Source of the DNA: Parasitella parasitica NRRL 2501
Taxonomy: Eukaryota > Fungi > Mucoromycota
DNA: 57,360 nt
Reading direction: 5' to 3'
Assembly: GCA_025201805.1 (NCBI GenBank)
Contig: MU619403.1
Coordinates: 1 to 57,360, forward strand
The notes beneath the pieces are model-generated. The model was not told the DNA's origin. It saw nothing but the letters and a program-made list of their open reading frames with translations, and made no database searches. This document shows positions 52,030-57,360 of the stretch, piece after piece (position 1 is the stretch's first letter; every line of letters starts with the position of its first letter). A program made the translations under genes and the position numbers.

Positions 52030-55000
52030 ATGTATTCTACTATATTATGTATCTTGCTGTTATTATTTACTCAAGTCAAAGGTAAATAAAAACTTCTTGA
52101 AAATTAGTATCATTGCTATGGTTACTTGTAAACTAACATCAATTTAAAGGCATGTCTACCCGTCCTTCAAAGTTATCCAAAATCGAAACTATTGATAATC
52201 CCATCATCACATTTAACCACAATAGCTTTTATGACAGCAAGCGAAACCTCAATAGCGACAGTCAAACGATACAATACCATGATCAATTCAGCCTTGACTT
52301 TACTGCATTCGACAAGTCTATTTCTCTTTCGCTTTCACCTAACGTCGACCTGTTCCACCCAGACGCTCAATTAACTGTATTCAATACGGACGGGTCGCTA
52401 CATGCAGTTGAAAAAGTAGTCCCTCATGAATATCTTGTGTTCAAAGGCCATGTAAATGTTAAGGAGCATCAATGGGCTAGAATTTTGATGAGAAAAGATT
52501 TAGAGTAAGTTAATAATAAGGAGTCAAAAATAAAAAAAGAGCAGTACGAAGATTAACAATTGAGCATGTAGACACACATCACCAATATTCGAAGGAGCAT
52601 TTACTATGGATTCGGATATATATCACATCAAAACAACTCCAAATTATCATTTAACAAAACGTAGCGATGATCCTGTTTCAACAAACCGGTATGCAAAAAT
52701 GATTATTTACAGAGATTCAGATCAGCTTATTGAAGATGAGCAAGAGGAATCTGGACTTTTAGAAAAAAGATATCGACATAAAGACGACATCATGTGTGCC
52801 ATGGAAGAACTAGCGTACAACAGACGAATGACTGGATCGCATGCGGCTCCTACTACAGTCAATGCTACCAACACAACTTCAGAGAGCAATGCCTTTTCAA
52901 ATTTATGGGAGAAGAGGGACATGGACGTATTCTCTACCTCCCTCGTCCCAACATCTTCGCCATCGCCCCCAGTTATACAAGGATGTCCTACAGCAAGAAA
53001 AAGTAAGTGCTTGCTATAAGCCAACTGTCAGTGTAAATAACCACAATATTATGCAGTTGCTTACATGGGCGCGGCCGCTGATTGTTCCTATGTGTTATCA
53101 TATGGAAGTGTCCGCTATGCTAAACTACAGATGATCAACGATTGGAATGTGGCTTCAGCTGTCTATGAAAAGACATTCAATGTGTCATTGGGACTGATCT
53201 ATTTACAAATTTCTGTGCCTGAATGCCCCACAAAGCCAAAATCAAACCTTGCTTGGAATCAAGCATGTTCTAGTTACTACTCTATCAATGATCGCCTAAG
53301 CGATTTCAGTTTATGGAGAGGTACAAAAGGCGATGATGGTGCTGCTTTATGGCACTTGATGACAAAATGCGCGTAAGTCTATATTAGAATCACTGTCTCT
53401 TTTTGGGATATTAACATTGTGTTGAAACAAGTACTGGTGTCAAGGTAGGGATTGCTTGGTTGAGCCAATTATGCGAAACGCAAGTGTCCCAACAAATTGA
53501 GGATGATGGGTCGTACGAGTGGGTGTCGGGAACAGGCGTATCCTCAATCACAAGAGATGAATGGAAGGTAGTGGCTCATGAAGTAGGCCATGGTTTTGGT
53601 ACGTCAAAGATATTATTGATATTTATCGCACATTTTGCTAAGACAAAGAACAACGACAGGGGCCATTCACGATTGCACTTCGAAGATGTGTCCTTGTAAG
53701 GGAGAGTGTGGCTGCTGCCCTCTCAGTGATACAGTGTGCAGTGCAGGAGATACTTATCTAATGAATCCTACCAGTAATGTATCTACGAATGATTTTAGTC
53801 CCTGCTCAGTCTCTGATATTTGTAATACATTTCCCAATATTGGATACTGCTTAAAATGTAAAGTTTGTGTACATTATAAATGTAAATGCTTGGCAATTAA
53901 TACTCCAACAGCGCCGGACTTGAGAACGGGCGGTACGTTTTCCCTTTGTGGCAACGGTATATTGGAGCCCGGAGAGGAATGCGATTCAGGGCTTACCGAT
54001 AGTGATTGTTGCTATGCAAGGACCTGTAAATTGAAGCCGAATGCCATTTGCGAGTAAGTCCCGTTGATATTACCAGCCAACAAAAGTAATGACACTCACA
54101 TTGTTTCCAGTGATTATAGCAATCAATGCTGTTTGAACTGCACAATAGCGCCCAAAGACACGATTTGCAGGCCTGCAGTATCTGAATGTGACACCACAGA
54201 GTATTGTACTGGAGAATCGAGTCAATGTCCCGCAGATTTTTTCGATGCAGATGGATTAGATTGTGCTAATGGGACCATGAAATGCGCTTCTGGCATATGT
54301 ACTTCTAGAGACCAGCAATGTATGTCTCGCGGCTTACGACAAAATATCAGCGAACAATGTTCTTTCCAAAAAGATTCATGTCTCATTAGTTGTACAGATC
54401 CAAAGGATTCCAGAAACTGTTTGATGTTGAGTGGCATGTTTCTGGATGGTACTGAATGCGGATTAGCTGGATTTTGTCAGAAAGGAACCTGCGTTGGCAC
54501 TGGAGCATGTAAGTCTATAAAATTGCCAATTGTTCATCTAATTTACCTATTCGCAACAGTAAACACTCTCAAAGCTTGGACTGCACAAAATAAAGCAATT
54601 GCCATTCCAGTATACATCTTTGGTAGCATTGGTGTTTTGCTCATTATCGGCTGGATTGTTTGGTTCATTCGAAGACGATATAAACGCAAAATTTTACTAT
54701 CAGAGAAAGATAAAGACTCGCGTCCCAACTCAATTATAAGCTTTCCGCCATTGACAACATTAAAATCTCCAACAACGGCGAATACTGCTGCTGCACCAGG
54801 TCATGCTATGAAAAGAGATTCACAAATTGTACCATTCCCAAACTCTATACCCTCTTCTCTTTTACAACATCAGTCTCATAATACCAACAATGCAACAGAG
54901 ATCGAGCTTGAAAATTTAACTATTCCCACTAATAACAATACTAATTCAAATAATCTTGTAAATACACCTAGTAATGGCAACAATGCTCAAACCTCCTCTA

Positions 55001-55104
55001 GAAGAAACACATTGTATTCAACGCCCAACATCAACACAGATGTAGCTGACCATCGATCCATTACGGTTGGGACCCATAGAAGAGGAAAATCAAACATAGA
55101 ATAA
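52030..55104 (+). CDS. ADAM family metalloprotease-disintegrin (type I membrane)
   Basis: Signal peptide MYSTILCILLLLFTQVK, prodomain, zinc motif HEVGHGFG|AIHD split by an intron, Met-turn YLMNP, disintegrin CGNGILEPGEECD, Cys-rich domain, then TM helix followed by RRRYKRK. Confidence 0.95.
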
Positions 55105-55327
55105 AATATTTCACATATTTGATATCAGTAAACTACACGTCTTCAAAGCTTGACTTTCGAAATGTAAATTTAGGCTGAAGTCTCTAATAATTTTTACGGT
55201 GTTTGATCAAATCAACTCTGATTGTTGATGATACAGTAACTGCTAAATTGGAAAGCGCTGAGTTAAACAATGAATAAATTTCGCCTTCCTCGACTATGGT
55301 TTTTCTTATGTTATTCCCCCCTACAGA

Positions 55328-55941
55328 ATGGTCAAATTCTCTGCAAATTCACTGACTTCAGGTATATAAATATAGCAAATTTACCATACATTAATCATCA
55401 ATAATATATAAAAATAAAGGTGCCTGTGAATTAGATGATCTCATATTCAAAAATGGCCAAAATATTTTGGACCAAGAACTTGAGTCCTTCGTACAAGAAT
55501 TTGAGGCAAATACCTTCATATATCTATTCCCATTGTGTATTTTTCAACTAAAAAAACCACCCCCAATCTTAGACAAGACAACAACTTTTAACGGCAGATT
55601 CACTAGCAAAAACTTTTGTAAATATCACAGCTTGCGACTTGAAGCTAAAAGCGGCAGCTGCAGCCACGGCAGATTTATCACCTACGCAACAGAAAATAAA
55701 TGATACCCAGAAAACACTGAATAGGTTAATGGAAGCAGTGAAAGAGACACAGAATAAACACAGTAATCTACCCTTTGAGGCAGAAAAACAAGCATATCTA
55801 AAGCTACTGCAAGAAAGAAAAAAAAAGTTAGAGCAAGATATACGACGCGAATCTGATATTTTGGATGAAAATTATGCTAAAAAGACAAGAGAATCGATCT
55901 ATCGAAATCTCGTTGGCTCTCAAGACTGGTTCAAATCCTAA
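55328..55941 (+). CDS. BLOC1S5: BLOC-1 subunit 5 (Muted)-like coiled-coil protein
   Basis: Spliced product ...NILDQELESFVQEFE|TRQQ...LEQDIRRESDILDENYAK resembles recalled Muted (VIQGETRYFVKEFEEKR...ERLKEQYA) and is of similar length. Introns ~55362-55419 and 55506-55572. Confidence 0.6.
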
Positions 55942-56996
55942 TGTTTGTTCTTTTTCATGAATGACCGATGTTGAAATCATGTCAAGCCTCGTCCGGATTT
56001 TTATAGAAAAATGGCTTAATATTCCTGCTTCAGCATACGATGTTGTTTTGGAATTGCAACTAAACAAATAAGTTGATTAAATCTATGCAATAATAAGACT
56101 GATACACTGCTACTAATAAAGGTTAGGTTAGTGTGTTAACTTGTCTCTTTGCTGAAAATAATGATTCTACAAATTTTATCCAAAATGATGTATCATTTCT
56201 TAACAGCAGAAGTCAAATGCCAAATTAAGATTTAATCCGTTCCGGATAAGATTATGAATCCTCAATGATTAAATGTTGTTCACAATAGATACAATCTGTA
56301 GTCCTACTTACCCAGATCTTACCATCTAGCACTTTATTCCCACATCAACTGCCCCAGCTCGAATAGTATATAAACCCTCTCAATTGACCCATTAATAGAT
56401 GATATTCTCTACCTGATTAAGTTTACCCTTTTTTAACCATTAATTTATGTCTAATAAATCAGTTTATATGCATTTGTGATCTATAAAACGATAGTTTCTG
56501 TAGACAACTTTTGTATATATGCTTTATTTCGTTAATAAAAATGCTTTTATTCGATAGCGCTGAGTTGTCGCTATGTTTCTATATCTGACAACTGTTTTAC
56601 AGTTCCCTTCGCAGAAGTTATAAGAAAAAATTTGGCAATTGTAAAAGCAAAACCTGTTTTTGGGCACATAATTGCAGTCAAATGATACATTTTATTGTCA
56701 TCTCAATAACTGTATATTCTTCCCGAAATACACTCCATGTCGTATTATTATCCACCTCAGTACTGATTTGATTTGATTGAAACTGGTTTCAGAATTTACG
56801 GTAACTGACAAGAATGATTTACAGAAATATCATAATCAAACAATAATAGTTCAAAGCAGCAAAATACCGTCCTTCCTACTGTACAATTCTTAATCTTACA
56901 CTTCGTGCAGCTAATAATAATCTCAATTCAAACTACAAACACCACTAATAACAGTCACGTATTTTATTTCAAACTCCGACACCAAAAACGCGAAAG

Positions 56997-57360
56997 TGTT
57001 TTTTGCAGATAACTTTTGATAGAGACATTGTCAAGTGGAAATCAAGTTATGCTCAGATAGCGATGATCATGCCTGATCTTATGGCGCATAAGACAGTGTT
57101 TATTTTGCTGTTTATCGAAGCCTATCATCGATTATATGCAATTCTGATATGTAAATTTGTGATATCGTGTGATAACTTTGTAGATATCAATAAAAACATG
57201 GAAGCCAATGTTGTTGCCGGATAGCGCCAAGTCAATGCTAAGTTTTCCAAGTTAGATCATGGTTCTACGGTGATTTTAGCAAAAGTTATGAGCTAATATC
57301 TGATATTTATGATTAATATTGAAAAATCAAACTGTTTTTTGCAGATAACTTTTGATAGAG
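56997..57360. repeat. Start of a direct/tandem repeat with a period of ~336 bp
   Basis: Exact 28-mer TGTTTTTTGCAGATAACTTTTGATAGAG at 56997-57024 and 57333-57360 (window end), with internal ATAACTTT/AAGTTATG motifs in both orientations. Confidence 0.75.

Noticed and set aside
1-57360. tRNA, rRNA or CRISPR arrays
   Set aside because: None recognised by eye; the context is eukaryotic, with no repeat-spacer structure.

Overview
Gene-dense eukaryotic window from an early-diverging fungus, most likely Mucorales. This is inferred from the AT-rich intergenic DNA, the many ~50-100 nt introns and the gene repertoire. It is a draft assembly with three N gaps and several very long homopolymers. About 16 spliced genes can be reconstructed by hand: a CPT1/EPT1 phosphotransferase, a four-finger C2H2 transcription factor, RPL31, MIC19, cytosolic LeuRS, a kelch/TM protein, a monocarboxylate-type MFS transporter, PTAR1-like, SMARCC-type SWI/SNF subunit, a chitin-synthase-like protein, a Pho80/Pcl cyclin, a FET-family RNA-binding protein, Integrator subunit 5, exportin-7, an ADAM protease and BLOC-1 subunit 5. 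There is also a deleted DIRS-type retroelement abutting a degenerate serine-resolvase-like ORF. The most striking observations are: (i) an intact chitin-synthase ORF whose QRRRW/EDR/YEY catalytic signatures are replaced, making it a candidate pseudoenzyme; (ii) a 2-nt micro-exon needed to build the conserved S-W-G motif of the MFS transporter; (iii) animal-like genes (INTS5, full-length SMARCC, XPO7, Muted); (iv) three GC-AG introns; and (v) a resolvase-like relic. All family assignments come from recalled motifs, not database searches.
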